Below, piece after piece: positions 8,510 through 18,528 of a DNA stretch of 64,000 nt. Below the pieces are notes generated by a model, which saw only the letters and a list, made by a program, of their open reading frames with translations, was not told where the DNA came from and made no database searches. The stretch is from positions 74,473-138,472 of the forward strand of contig CAYYRV010000002.1 of assembly GCA_964474135.1 (NCBI GenBank), given 5' to 3'. Position 1 is the first letter of the stretch, and the number at the start of each line of letters is the position of its first letter. Position numbers and translations under genes: made by a program. The DNA is from an uncultured Defluviitaleaceae bacterium (lineage in GTDB: Bacteria; Bacillota; Clostridia; Lachnospirales; CAYYRV01).

Positions 8510-10930
8510 ATGCAGTATAAATTGAGAGGTGATTTAGTGGTAAAGGAACTGCACTATACAAAACTTAAAAATTTTATTAGCGTGCAAGATATAAATTTTG
8601 AGACAACAGAAAAAATTGAGGCTACCAGTAAAATAATTGGTCAGGAAAGAGCAGCAAAGGCATTAGAACTTGGTCTTAATATAAAGTCAAAAGGATATAA
8701 TATATATATTGCCGGATTGCCCGGTACAGGAAAGACAACTTTTGCTGAAAAGTTTGCAAAGAAAATAGCATCTACAGAACAAACACCTCCCGATTTATGT
8801 TATATATACAATTTTGATAATCCAAAATTTCCTAAAACATTAACACTTCCTACAGGTTGTGGTAAAATTTTTCGAGAGGAAATGGAAGAACTTATTAGCA
8901 GACTTGAGGAAGATTTGCCTAAAGTTTTTAATAATAAAGAATTTGAAAACAGAAAAATGGAAATTATTAAAAATTATCAAAATAAGCGTGACGTTTTAAT
9001 TAAAGATATGACGGACGAAGCAAGGGAGCAAAATTTTGGCGTAAAAACAACAAACAGCGGAATTTATTTTATGCCAATTATTGATGGAGAGGTTATTTCC
9101 GAGGAACAATATGACAGTTTAAAGGAAGAAGACAGAGATGATATCTCCAAAAATTCCGAAGTAATACAGAAAAAAGCAGCAGATGTAATGAGAAGTATGA
9201 AAGAGTTTGAAAAAAGCACAAGAAAAGAAGTAGAGGATTTGGAATACAGCGAAGCTCTTTTTACTATTGGAAAGCTTATAAGCCCTATTTTGGAAAAGTA
9301 TGAGAGCAATGAAACTATTATAAAATATTTGCTTGACTTAAAAGAAGATATTTTGGAAAACTTAGATATTTTCATTGAAGAGGAATCAGAAGAAGAGGAA
9401 TCGATACAGGCGATTTTGCCATGGTACAGCAAAAAAAGCCCTGAGGAAACTTTTACAAAATATAAGGTGAATTTGTTAACTGATAATTCTACACTAAATG
9501 GAGCACCTGTTGTAGTTGATTTTAACCCAACATACAGCAATTTGGTAGGAGAAATAGAATACGAAAATGAATTCGGAAACTTAACAACAGATTTTATGAA
9601 AATTAAACCAGGGCTTTTGCATAAAGCGAATGGTGGATATTTAATTTTGCAGGCTCATGATGTGCTTTCTAATGCGCATGCGTGGGACGTGTTAAGAAGA
9701 GTTTTGTTAACAGGAGAAATCGTTACAGAACCTTTAAGAGAATATACTACTGGTTATGCTGTTTATGGAATAAAACCAGAACCTGTTAAACTGGATTTGA
9801 AAATTATTTTAGTAGGGACAGGATTTTATTATGAGCTTTTGCATGAATATGATGATGAGTTTCAGAAATTATTTAAAATTTGTGCGGATTTTGATTATGA
9901 AATGAATTTCAATATAGAAAATCTTCATAATTATGTTGGATTTATCAAACGCTTTATTGATAAAGAGAAGCTTAGTGAGTTTGATTATTCTGCTGTAATT
10001 AGGGTTATGGAGTATTCATCACGTATTTCAGAAAATCAAGAAAAACTTACTGCAAGATTTAATAAAATATCTGAAATTTTAATTGAGTCTGCAACATGGG
10101 CGAGATTGAAGAATTGTTCTGTAGTTTCATTAAACCATGTAAATAAAGCGATTGAGGAGAAAGAAATGCGTTGTAAGTTATATGAAGATAAGCTTACAGA
10201 AATGCTTGAAAACAATATTATTATGATTGATACACACGGCGAAAAGGTTGGTCAAATTAATGGGCTTGCTGTTTTGGAAACTTGTGAATATGCTTTTGCA
10301 AAACCTTCTAAAATTACAGCTACAACATATGTAGGAAAATCGGGTATAATTAATATTGAAAAAGAAGCCGAAATGAGCGGCAGTATTCATGATAAGGGTG
10401 TTTTAGTTCTTTCTGGGTATTTAGGTCAAAGTTATGCACAAAATTTTCCATTATCATTATCTTGTAGAATTTGTTTTGAACAAACATATAGTGGGGTAGA
10501 TGGTGATAGTGCTTCTAGTACAGAACTTTATGCAATATTATCAAGTCTTTCTGAAATCCCAATTAATCAAGGAATTGCAGTAACAGGAAGTATTAATCAA
10601 ATAGGAGAAATTCAGCCTGTTGGTGGTGTAACTTATAAAATTGAGGGATTTTTTGATTTGTGCAAAAAAAGAGGTTTAACGGGAAAGCAAGGAGTTATTA
10701 TACCAGCCCAGAATGTTCCTGATTTGGTTTTAAAAGATGATGTGATTAATTCTGTTAAAGAGGGTATGTTTCATATATATGCTATTACTCATATAGATGA
10801 AGGTATTGAAATATTAATGGGAATACCTGCAGGTGAAAAAGACGAGAGGGGGAAATTTCCTCCTGAAACTGTTCATGGTATGGTTTACAAAAAGTTAAAA
10901 AGTTTTTATAAAAAATCTATGTTGGAGTAA
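8510..10930 (+). CDS. Lon-like ATP-dependent protease (AAA+ N-terminal region plus Lon/S16 proteolytic domain)
   Basis: Walker A GLPGTGKTT. C-terminal YSGVDGDSASSTELYAILS and GSINQIGEIQPVGG resemble the Lon protease domain. Start is uncertain; GTG 8537 has a better SD. Confidence 0.75.
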   Translation: MQYKLRGDLVVKELHYTKLKNFISVQDINFETTEKIEATSKIIGQERAAKALELGLNIKSKGYNIYIAGLPGTGKTTFAEKFAKKIASTEQTPPDLCYIYNFDNPKFPKTLTLPTGCGKIFREEMEELISRLEEDLPKVFNNKEFENRKMEIIKNYQNKRDVLIKDMTDEAREQNFGVKTTNSGIYFMPIIDGEVISEEQYDSLKEEDRDDISKNSEVIQKKAADVMRSMKEFEKSTRKEVEDLEYSEALFTIGKLISPILEKYESNETIIKYLLDLKEDILENLDIFIEEESEEEESIQAILPWYSKKSPEETFTKYKVNLLTDNSTLNGAPVVVDFNPTYSNLVGEIEYENEFGNLTTDFMKIKPGLLHKANGGYLILQAHDVLSNAHAWDVLRRVLLTGEIVTEPLREYTTGYAVYGIKPEPVKLDLKIILVGTGFYYELLHEYDDEFQKLFKICADFDYEMNFNIENLHNYVGFIKRFIDKEKLSEFDYSAVIRVMEYSSRISENQEKLTARFNKISEILIESATWARLKNCSVVSLNHVNKAIEEKEMRCKLYEDKLTEMLENNIIMIDTHGEKVGQINGLAVLETCEYAFAKPSKITATTYVGKSGIINIEKEAEMSGSIHDKGVLVLSGYLGQSYAQNFPLSLSCRICFEQTYSGVDGDSASSTELYAILSSLSEIPINQGIAVTGSINQIGEIQPVGGVTYKIEGFFDLCKKRGLTGKQGVIIPAQNVPDLVLKDDVINSVKEGMFHIYAITHIDEGIEILMGIPAGEKDERGKFPPETVHGMVYKKLKSFYKKSMLE

Positions 10931-10955
10931 TTTATGAGATTATAAAATTATAAGA

Positions 10956-11050
10956 CCTTGAGGAAACTTTTGAAAAAGTTTCCTCAAACTCCTTCAAAAC
11001 TTTTATCAGAAACTCGTTTCACTCGTTTCTTTTGGGACTTAAGGTTTTTT
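10956..11050 (-). repeat. Family-1 unit (10956-11004, reverse) plus hairpin module X (11008-11030) and a T-rich tail
   Basis: 10956-11004 is the exact reverse complement of 30042-30090 (49/49). Block ends CTTAAGGTTTTTT and probably terminates the Lon-like gene. Confidence 0.85.
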
Positions 11051-11090
11051 ATTTATGATTTATAAATTAATATAATAAAGGAGTAAGAAA

Positions 11091-13940
11091 ATGTCATTTG
11101 AAATAGTAGAAAAAACATATCTAAGTGAAATTTCATCACATGCATATTTATATAGGCATGATACAGGTGCTGAATTAGTATACATACAAAACAAAAACGA
11201 TGATAATAAAGTATTTTCTGTAACATTTAAAACACCTTCCCATAATGATACAGGGATTCCACATATACTGGAGCATTGCTTACTTTGTGGCTCACAAAAA
11301 TATCCTGTCAAAGACCCTTTCAACGAACTTTCAAAAGGTTCATTGTATACATATTTAAACGCAATGACATATCAAGACAAAACTGTTTACCCAATTGCAA
11401 GTTGTAATGAAAAAGATTTTATGAATTTAATGGATGTGTATTTAGATGCGGTTTTTTTTCCATTGATAGGTGAAAGACCTGAAGTCTTTATGCAAGAGGG
11501 ATGGCATTATGTTGTAGAGAATGAAGAGATAGCTGGCTATAATGGAATTGTTTATAGTGAAATGCAAGGGGTTTATTCTGACCCTTTAGAACTCCTTAAT
11601 TATTATTCTTATAAAAAGTTATTCGAGGGAAGCTTATACAGTTATGATTCAGGAGGAAAACCCGAAAACATAACTGATTTAACATATGAAAATTTTATGA
11701 AGTTTTACAACACGTACTATAAACCTTCTAATGCACATATTTATTTATATGGAGATTTAGATATTCAAAATGTAATGAAACATATTGATGAGAACTATTT
11801 ATCTATGGTTAAAGCTAGTAATACAGAACAATATGATGAGCCTAAAATGCCGACACCTCTTAAAGAACCTGTTTTTTTAACAGAAAATTATATTATATCT
11901 GATGATGAGGATACTTCAGGCAAAAATCATCTGAATATTTGTTATGCAATAAATGATACAGATAATAAAAGAATTATGGCTTTAAGTGTACTTAATCTTT
12001 ATTTTTTTGGAATGGAATCTTCTTTTGTAAAAAGAACATTAATTGATGAACAAATGGGACAAGAGGTAAGCGGATTTCTTGATTCAACTATAAAAACACC
12101 GGTTTTTAGCATAGTTTGTCAAAACTCACAAAAAACGGTTAAACAGCTTGATGAAATGTTTACAAAAACCCTTAAAGAAATTGTATATAAAGGCTTAGAC
12201 AAAGCATTGATTGAGGCTTGCTTGAATAAATTCGAGTTTAGTGTTAGAGAAGAGAATTTTGGTAATACGCCTAAAGGGCTTATTTACAATTTGAACATAT
12301 TAACTGATTGGATTTATGAAGGTGATATTTTCGGAAGATTGTCGAAAATTAGATATATTCAGGAATTAAGAAATGATTTGGGTTATTTTGTTGAAACTAT
12401 AAAAGAAGTATTTTTAAATAATAATTGGAAATCATGTGTTGAAGTAATACCTAAAAAAAGTTCTGAAAATTTAAAGGCTATTGATAAAGATAAGTTTAAA
12501 GATATTGATATTAAAAAAGTTGTTTGTGACTTAGAAAGGTTTGAGAAGTATCATAATTATGAAGATACTGAGGAAGATATAAACAAAATTCCTCTTTTGA
12601 CATTGGAAGATGTTAATACTGATGTTGAGAAAGTACCTGTTGTGAACACAAAAATAGAAGGTATTGAAGTTTTATTATCTCCACTTGATACAAATGATAT
12701 TATATATGGAGAGTTTTTATCAAATTCAAGAAATGTGCCAAAAGAAAGCTTGAATTATATAGGGCTTATGTGTTATTTGCTTGGGAAACTTCCAACAGAG
12801 AACTATAATTTAAACGATATAACGGAGCAAATTAATAGTAATTTAGGTGGATTAGATTTTTATTTTAGGACATTAACACCTGAAAGTGGAGACTACATGC
12901 CAGTAGTAGTTTTGAAAATTAAAGCTCTGCAAGCAAAGAAAAGAGAATTATTCAATATAGGCTTTGAGGTTGTGAAGAAAACGAGGTTTGATGATTATGA
13001 GGCAATTGGGAAACTGATAAAAGAACTTTTTTCAAAATTAAGTAATAGCTTAATAAACAATGGTCATAATTATGCGATTGGAAAGGTTCATTCATATATT
13101 TTTGAAGAAGGTAAATATGAGCAGGAAGTTTCAGGGCTAAGTTTTTATAATTTTATAAAAAACTTAGTTAAAGAATATGATGATAAAAAGGATATTATAA
13201 TAAAAGAATTAGAGAATGTTCAAAGCTTACTGTTTAACAAAGAAAATACAATATTGACATTTACTTGCAGTGAAACAGCATTTGCTAATATGAGAGATGA
13301 GTTGCATAGCTTTATATCTTTATTGCCTGATATAAAGATTAATATGCAAAATTATAATTTTGAAAAAGAGCATACAGAGGAGGGAGTTATTATTCCTTCT
13401 AGGGTGCAGTATTGTGTAAAAGGGTTAAACTATTTAGAAAGCGATATAAAATACACAGGTAAACTCGCTGTTCTTTCTAATATTTTAAATGGAGAATATT
13501 TGATGAAGGAAGTAAGAATAAAAGGCGGTGCTTATGGCTGTTACAATGGATTTAATAGAAAAGGTTTCTTTTATTTTTATTCATATAGAGACCCTAATTT
13601 GAGAAATACTTTAGATGTATATAATAATTTTACTACGTTTATTGAAAATTTAGAATTAAGCGAAAGAGAGATGTTAAAAAATATTTTGGGTGCTGTAAAC
13701 AAGTATATACGTCCAAAACATGTATCAGCAAAAGGGCAGTATGCAATTTTTTCTTATTTAAATAACATTAAATATGAAGATTTAGTAATGGAAAGAAAAG
13801 AGATTATTGAAACTACGTTTGAAGATATATTAAGATTAGGTAAAATAATGGGAATATTTAATAAAAATTATGTTTGCGTTGTGGGAAATGAAAAATCATT
13901 GCTCGAAAATAGTAGTTTATTTACAAATATTGTAAAATAA
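11091..13940 (+). CDS. M16-family zinc metallopeptidase (insulinase/PreP-like, M16C)
   Basis: HxxEH zinc site HILEHCLLCGS. Length of about 950 aa is typical of M16C. Confidence 0.85.
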   Translation: MSFEIVEKTYLSEISSHAYLYRHDTGAELVYIQNKNDDNKVFSVTFKTPSHNDTGIPHILEHCLLCGSQKYPVKDPFNELSKGSLYTYLNAMTYQDKTVYPIASCNEKDFMNLMDVYLDAVFFPLIGERPEVFMQEGWHYVVENEEIAGYNGIVYSEMQGVYSDPLELLNYYSYKKLFEGSLYSYDSGGKPENITDLTYENFMKFYNTYYKPSNAHIYLYGDLDIQNVMKHIDENYLSMVKASNTEQYDEPKMPTPLKEPVFLTENYIISDDEDTSGKNHLNICYAINDTDNKRIMALSVLNLYFFGMESSFVKRTLIDEQMGQEVSGFLDSTIKTPVFSIVCQNSQKTVKQLDEMFTKTLKEIVYKGLDKALIEACLNKFEFSVREENFGNTPKGLIYNLNILTDWIYEGDIFGRLSKIRYIQELRNDLGYFVETIKEVFLNNNWKSCVEVIPKKSSENLKAIDKDKFKDIDIKKVVCDLERFEKYHNYEDTEEDINKIPLLTLEDVNTDVEKVPVVNTKIEGIEVLLSPLDTNDIIYGEFLSNSRNVPKESLNYIGLMCYLLGKLPTENYNLNDITEQINSNLGGLDFYFRTLTPESGDYMPVVVLKIKALQAKKRELFNIGFEVVKKTRFDDYEAIGKLIKELFSKLSNSLINNGHNYAIGKVHSYIFEEGKYEQEVSGLSFYNFIKNLVKEYDDKKDIIIKELENVQSLLFNKENTILTFTCSETAFANMRDELHSFISLLPDIKINMQNYNFEKEHTEEGVIIPSRVQYCVKGLNYLESDIKYTGKLAVLSNILNGEYLMKEVRIKGGAYGCYNGFNRKGFFYFYSYRDPNLRNTLDVYNNFTTFIENLELSEREMLKNILGAVNKYIRPKHVSAKGQYAIFSYLNNIKYEDLVMERKEIIETTFEDILRLGKIMGIFNKNYVCVVGNEKSLLENSSLFTNIVK

Positions 13941-13968
13941 TTAAATTAATTGCTTACAAGCAAAACGA

Positions 13969-13997
13969 TTGACATTTTAAGCAATTTGTGTAAAAAT
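13969..13997 (+). promoter_or_regulatory. Candidate sigma-A promoter for the purM leader
   Basis: TTGACA, 16 nt, TAAAAAT, about 280 nt upstream of purM. Confidence 0.3.
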
Positions 13998-14138
13998 AGT
14001 ATTGTTTTATAATCTAAAAGATATAAATTAGAATAATAAAAAACTGCTATTAAATATCAATAACTGTAGTATAAATTGTTTATTATTAGTTGTTTTTGTT
14101 GAGTATAATACTGATTTTAGATAGAATGTCTGTATAAA

Positions 14139-14207
14139 ATTAGCGTGAGATTGGCAAAGTTGTAATCGGCTTGCGAGGCAAGCCGAAAAACACAACATTT
14201 TCACTTT
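14139..14207 (+). promoter_or_regulatory. Copy D of the conserved 5'-leader element (unclassified), 43 nt upstream of purM
   Basis: TAGCGTGAGATTGG, a 9-bp hairpin TCGGCTTGC-GAG-GCAAGCCGA (14166-14186), and ATTTTCACTTT (14197-14207). Confidence 0.5.
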
Positions 14208-14250
14208 AATTATATTTAATTGCTCCCTAAAATTATAAGGAGGAAAGTAA

Positions 14251-15276
14251 ATGGGACTTGATTATAAATCATCAGGTGTTGATGTAAATGCAGGTTATAA
14301 GTCCGTTGAACTTATTACAAAACATGTTAATAGCACTTTTAGAAGTGAAGTAATAGGAGGGCTTGGTGGTTTTGGTGGAATGTTTTCTATAGCCAAAGCT
14401 AAAGAAATGGAAGAACCTGTATTGGTATCTGGAACAGATGGGGTAGGGACAAAGCTTAAACTAGCTTTTCTAACAGATAAGCATGATACAATAGGTATTG
14501 ATTGCGTTGCTATGTGCGTAAATGATGTAGTTTGTAGCGGTGCAGAGCCTCTTTTTTTTCTTGATTATATTGCGTGCGGAAAAAACTATCCTGAAAAAAT
14601 TGAGCAAATAGTAAAAGGAATAACAGATGGTTGCAATATGGCTGGTGTGTCTCTTATTGGTGGAGAAACAGCTGAAATGCCTGATTTTTACAAGCATGAT
14701 GAATATGACTTAGCTGGTTTTACTGTTGGTATATTGGATAAAACAAAAATAATTGATGGCAAAAATATAAAAAAAGGCGATGTGCTTATTGGTTTAGCCT
14801 CAAGTGGTTTACATAGTAATGGTTTCTCTTTGGTTAGAAAAGTATTCAGACCAAATAAATTGAGTTTGGACGAATATATAGAGGATATCGGAAAAACTCT
14901 TGGAGAAGAACTTATTACTCCTACAAGAATTTACGTTAAATCAATACTATCTGCTATAAAAAACATTGAAATTAAAGGTATTTCGAATATTACTGGTGGC
15001 GGTTTTATTGAAAATATACCTAGAATAATACCTAAAGGATTAGGCGTAAAGATATTTGAAGGAACATGGGAAGTTGCTCCTATTTTTAAAATCATTCAGA
15101 CAAATGGTGAGATTGAACGCTTACATATGTATAATACGTTTAATATGGGAATAGGTATGGTTGCTGTAGTTGAATCTTCATTGGTTGAACAAGCTGTTAA
15201 ACAATTTAAGGAACTTGGAGAAAAGGCATTTGTAATTGGTGAGGTTGTGGAAGGCAACGGTGTTGAAATATGCTAA
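14251..15276 (+). CDS. purM: Phosphoribosylformylglycinamidine cyclo-ligase (AIR synthetase)
   Basis: N-terminal [12 protein letters not shown], then DGVGTKLK. Confidence 0.95.
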   Translation: MGLDYKSSGVDVNAGYKSVELITKHVNSTFRSEVIGGLGGFGGMFSIAKAKEMEEPVLVSGTDGVGTKLKLAFLTDKHDTIGIDCVAMCVNDVVCSGAEPLFFLDYIACGKNYPEKIEQIVKGITDGCNMAGVSLIGGETAEMPDFYKHDEYDLAGFTVGILDKTKIIDGKNIKKGDVLIGLASSGLHSNGFSLVRKVFRPNKLSLDEYIEDIGKTLGEELITPTRIYVKSILSAIKNIEIKGISNITGGGFIENIPRIIPKGLGVKIFEGTWEVAPIFKIIQTNGEIERLHMYNTFNMGIGMVAVVESSLVEQAVKQFKELGEKAFVIGEVVEGNGVEIC

Positions 15277-15890
15277 AAATAGGCATTTTAGTATCTGGAG
15301 GAGGTACTAACTTACAGGCTATAATAGATAAGATTAATGAAGGATATTTGAATGCCGAAATTGCAGTTGTTGTTAGCAATAACGCTGATGCATATGCATT
15401 AAAAAGAGCCGAAGATAATAATATTAAAACGTTTTGTTTTACAAATAAACAGTTTTTGGATTGTGTTTACATAGACGAGATAATTTCCTGTTTTTTGAAA
15501 TGTGGTGTCGGTTTAATAGTAACAGCTGGATTTTTGCTTGTATTGCAAAGTAAGTTTATTAAAGCTTTTGAAAACAAAATAATTAATGTTCACCCTTCTC
15601 TTATTCCTTCTTTTTGTGGTAAAGGATTTTATGGATTAGGTGTACATGAAGCTGTTTTGGAAAAAGGTGTTAAAGTAACAGGGGCGACAGTGCATTTTGT
15701 AGATGAAGGAACGGATACAGGAGCAATTATTTTACAAAAGGCTGTTGATGTTAAGGAAGATGATACTCCAGAAAAATTGCAAAAACGTGTTATGGAAGAA
15801 GCTGAATGGGTAATTTTACCGCAGGCTATTAAACTGTTTTCAGAAAACAAACTGCAAATCTATAACAATAAGGTAGTTATAAAAAATTAA
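15270..15890 (+). CDS. purN: Phosphoribosylglycinamide formyltransferase
   Basis: [23 protein letters not shown]. Overlaps the purM stop. Confidence 0.95.
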   Translation: MLKIGILVSGGGTNLQAIIDKINEGYLNAEIAVVVSNNADAYALKRAEDNNIKTFCFTNKQFLDCVYIDEIISCFLKCGVGLIVTAGFLLVLQSKFIKAFENKIINVHPSLIPSFCGKGFYGLGVHEAVLEKGVKVTGATVHFVDEGTDTGAIILQKAVDVKEDDTPEKLQKRVMEEAEWVILPQAIKLFSENKLQIYNNKVVIKN

Positions 15891-15903
15891 TGATATTGTG
15901 TTT

Positions 15904-15912
15904 TGATATAAT
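15904..15912 (+). promoter_or_regulatory. Candidate extended -10 promoter between purN and purD
   Basis: TGATATAAT is a perfect TGnTATAAT. No good -35 element. Confidence 0.3.
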
Positions 15913-16028
15913 TTGGCAAACTAAAGTATACAATATGGAGTTAGCAGATTGAGAAGGGTTGGCGTTTTTCCACAATAAAGTACTAGCTCAAATATTGAAT
16001 ATAGGCTCTAAATAAAAGTACTTATGTT

Positions 16029-16078
16029 AAAAGTTTTGAAGAAGTTTGAGGAGACTTTTCCAAAAGTTTCCTCAAGGT
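16029..16078 (+). repeat. Family-1 stem-loop repeat, forward, inside the purN-purD spacer
   Basis: AAAAGTTTTGAAGAAGTTTGAGGAGACTTTTCCAAAAGTTTCCTCAAGG, 46/49 identical to the copy at 30042. No T-run follows. Confidence 0.85.
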
Positions 16079-16116
16079 CTTATTAAAACTTTAATATACT
16101 TAAAAAGGAGGGTATT

Positions 16117-17376
16117 ATGAAGCTGCTTGTTATAGGCGGAGGAGGGCGTGAACACGCAATTATTTGGAAGCTTAAACAAAATCCTAAAATAACACAAGTA
16201 TATTGTGCACCCGGAAATGCAGGCATTTCGCAATTAGCTGAATGTGTACATATTTCTGCAACAGATATAAGCGGATTATTAAAATTTGCTATTGATGAAA
16301 AAATTGATTTTACAATAGTAGGCATGGACGACCCACTTGTTATAGGAATAGTTGATGAGTTTGAGAAAAATGGGTTAAAGATATTTGGACCTCGAAAAAA
16401 TGCTGCTATTATAGAAGGAAGTAAAGCTTTTTCTAAAGAGCTTATGAAAAAATATAACATTCCGACAGCAGAATACGAGATTTTTGATAATTACAATGAA
16501 GCTTTTCAATATTTGAAGAGGATAAAATATCCAGTTGTAATTAAGGCTGATGGGCTTGCATTGGGAAAAGGTGTTTTGATTTGTGATAGTGAGTTGCAAG
16601 CTGAAACAGCATTAAAAGAAATCATGATAGATAAAAAATTTGGTACAGCAGGTAACAAAGTAGTTATAGAGGAATATTTGACAGGTGCTGAGGTTTCGAT
16701 TTTAGCTTTTTGCGATAGTAAAACTATTGTACCTATGGTAAGCGCTCAAGACCATAAAAGGGCATTAGATTATGACCAAGGGCTTAATACAGGTGGTATG
16801 GGAACTTTTTCTCCCAGCAAGTTTTATACTGAAAATATTGCAGACGAGTGTATAAAAAAAATATTTATACCTACAATGAATGCTTTAAATATGGAGGGAC
16901 GACCTTTTAAAGGTATTATTTTCTTTGGGCTTATGCTTACAGAAAATGGAGCTAAGGTTATTGAATATAACTGTCGGTTTGGTGACCCTGAAACTCAAGT
17001 TGTTTTACCCCGCCTCAAAACAGATTTGCTTGAAATTTTGCTTGCTTGTGAAAGTGAGACGTTAAGTAATGTTGATATACAATGGGAAAATAATTCTGCA
17101 TGTTGTGTAATATTGGCATCAGGAGGATACCCCCAAAAATATGAAACGGGATATGAAATAAGAGGGTTTGAAGCTTTTTATAATAGAGAAGATGTTGTTT
17201 TATTTCATGCTGGAACAAAAGTTGTTGACGGAAATGTAGTTACATCAGGAGGTAGAGTTCTAGGGGTTACCGGTATAGGTAGTAATTTAGAAGACGCTAT
17301 TAAGGTTGCTTATGAAAACGTTGACAAAGTAAGATTTAAAAATATGCATTTTCGTACAGATATTGGCCGAAAATAG
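16117..17376 (+). CDS. purD: Phosphoribosylamine--glycine ligase
   Basis: MKLLVIGGGGREHA, ATP-grasp core. Confidence 0.95.
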   Translation: MKLLVIGGGGREHAIIWKLKQNPKITQVYCAPGNAGISQLAECVHISATDISGLLKFAIDEKIDFTIVGMDDPLVIGIVDEFEKNGLKIFGPRKNAAIIEGSKAFSKELMKKYNIPTAEYEIFDNYNEAFQYLKRIKYPVVIKADGLALGKGVLICDSELQAETALKEIMIDKKFGTAGNKVVIEEYLTGAEVSILAFCDSKTIVPMVSAQDHKRALDYDQGLNTGGMGTFSPSKFYTENIADECIKKIFIPTMNALNMEGRPFKGIIFFGLMLTENGAKVIEYNCRFGDPETQVVLPRLKTDLLEILLACESETLSNVDIQWENNSACCVILASGGYPQKYETGYEIRGFEAFYNREDVVLFHAGTKVVDGNVVTSGGRVLGVTGIGSNLEDAIKVAYENVDKVRFKNMHFRTDIGRK

Positions 17377-17920
17377 CTACCTCTACTTATACATATTGCT
17401 ATTATTTATTATGAAAATGCCGTTAGATAAATAGGTGTTACTTAAATACATATTACTAGATTATTAGAAGTTAATTTTCAGTAAGTATTACATAATCAAA
17501 AGCATTTTAAGATTTTCCATATTGAAATTATGCTTGAAGTTGGGCGATTTTTCAAATAAACTACTTTTTGCAATTAATATATACAAAATATTCCTTTATG
17601 TTTTTTGCTATTTTAATGATAAATATTTATTTAAATACCATAATAATGTAGAGGTGTTACTTACAAAAATTAAATATTAATTTAATTTTTGCAAATGACG
17701 ATATCAACATAAGGTTTTATATTCCATAAATGTGTAATATTATAATATTAGTCAGCGATATGATTTGGTGTTATGGGGGGTGTTTTTATATAGAAATGAT
17801 AAAAAAATAAGAGTTTTTGATTGAATGTCTATAGTAAAAAATATATTTTGTTTACAAAAGAAATTCAATAAAATGTAAACTTTTATCGACAGCTTTTTAC
17901 AAAATAATTTTATTAGTGTA

Positions 17921-17949
17921 TTTACAAGGGCTTAATAATAATTTAAAAT
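17921..17949 (+). promoter_or_regulatory. Candidate sigma-A promoter of the flagellar operon
   Basis: TTTACA, 17 nt, TAAAAT, about 180 nt upstream of flgB. One of several possibilities in a 750-bp AT-rich spacer. Confidence 0.25.
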
Positions 17950-18127
17950 AAATAAACTAAACGTTAGATTATTTAAGATGGGTTTGGAGTTATTACTTAT
18001 GCTTTTATTTTATTTAATATAAGTTTGGTGAAGTCAATTTGGATTAAAATATTATAAATATAAAAGGTTATGCATTTTTATATAGGTTTAAGTATAATTT
18101 CAGGCAAATTTTATTTAGGAGGGTTTT

Positions 18128-18505
18128 ATGATTTTTGATAAATTAACATTGCAAAGCGATATAATAGGTACTGCTATGCAAGCATCCCTTGTGAAAAATG
18201 ACGTTATTGTAAATAATATTGCTAATGTGGATACTCCTGGATTTAAAACACAAACTGTATCTTTTGAAAATGAGTTAACAAATGCAATAAATTCGTATAA
18301 GCTTACAGGAGATTTTAATTTGGGTGGTTTAAGTCCAAAAATTACACCTAAACATAGTGGTCATAACTATAGAATAGATGAAAATAATGTTGATATTGAT
18401 CTTGAGATGGTATCCTTATATGAAAACTCAATAAAATATGACACTATGGCAGGTTCTGTAATGAATAATTATGAAAGAATTAATCTGGTAATTAGCTCCA
18501 GATAA
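18128..18505 (+). CDS. flgB: Flagellar basal-body rod protein FlgB
   Basis: NNIANVDTPGFK motif. First gene of the fla operon. Confidence 0.9.
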   Translation: MIFDKLTLQSDIIGTAMQASLVKNDVIVNNIANVDTPGFKTQTVSFENELTNAINSYKLTGDFNLGGLSPKITPKHSGHNYRIDENNVDIDLEMVSLYENSIKYDTMAGSVMNNYERINLVISSR

Positions 18506-18528
18506 AAAACAGAATAGGAGGTTGGAAA

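Noticed and set aside
13941-14250. Purine or ZTP (pfl) riboswitch upstream of purM
   Set aside because: CGTGAGATTGGCAAAG only loosely resembles the ZTP 5' half. The obligatory 3' CCGCCUGGGC pseudoknot partner and the purine-riboswitch junction sequences are absent.
17734-17761. Sigma-D promoter upstream of flgB (GTAAT-N16-GCGATAT)
   Set aside because: Both the -35 and -10 elements deviate from consensus, and the site is about 370 nt from flgB. It cannot be distinguished from background.
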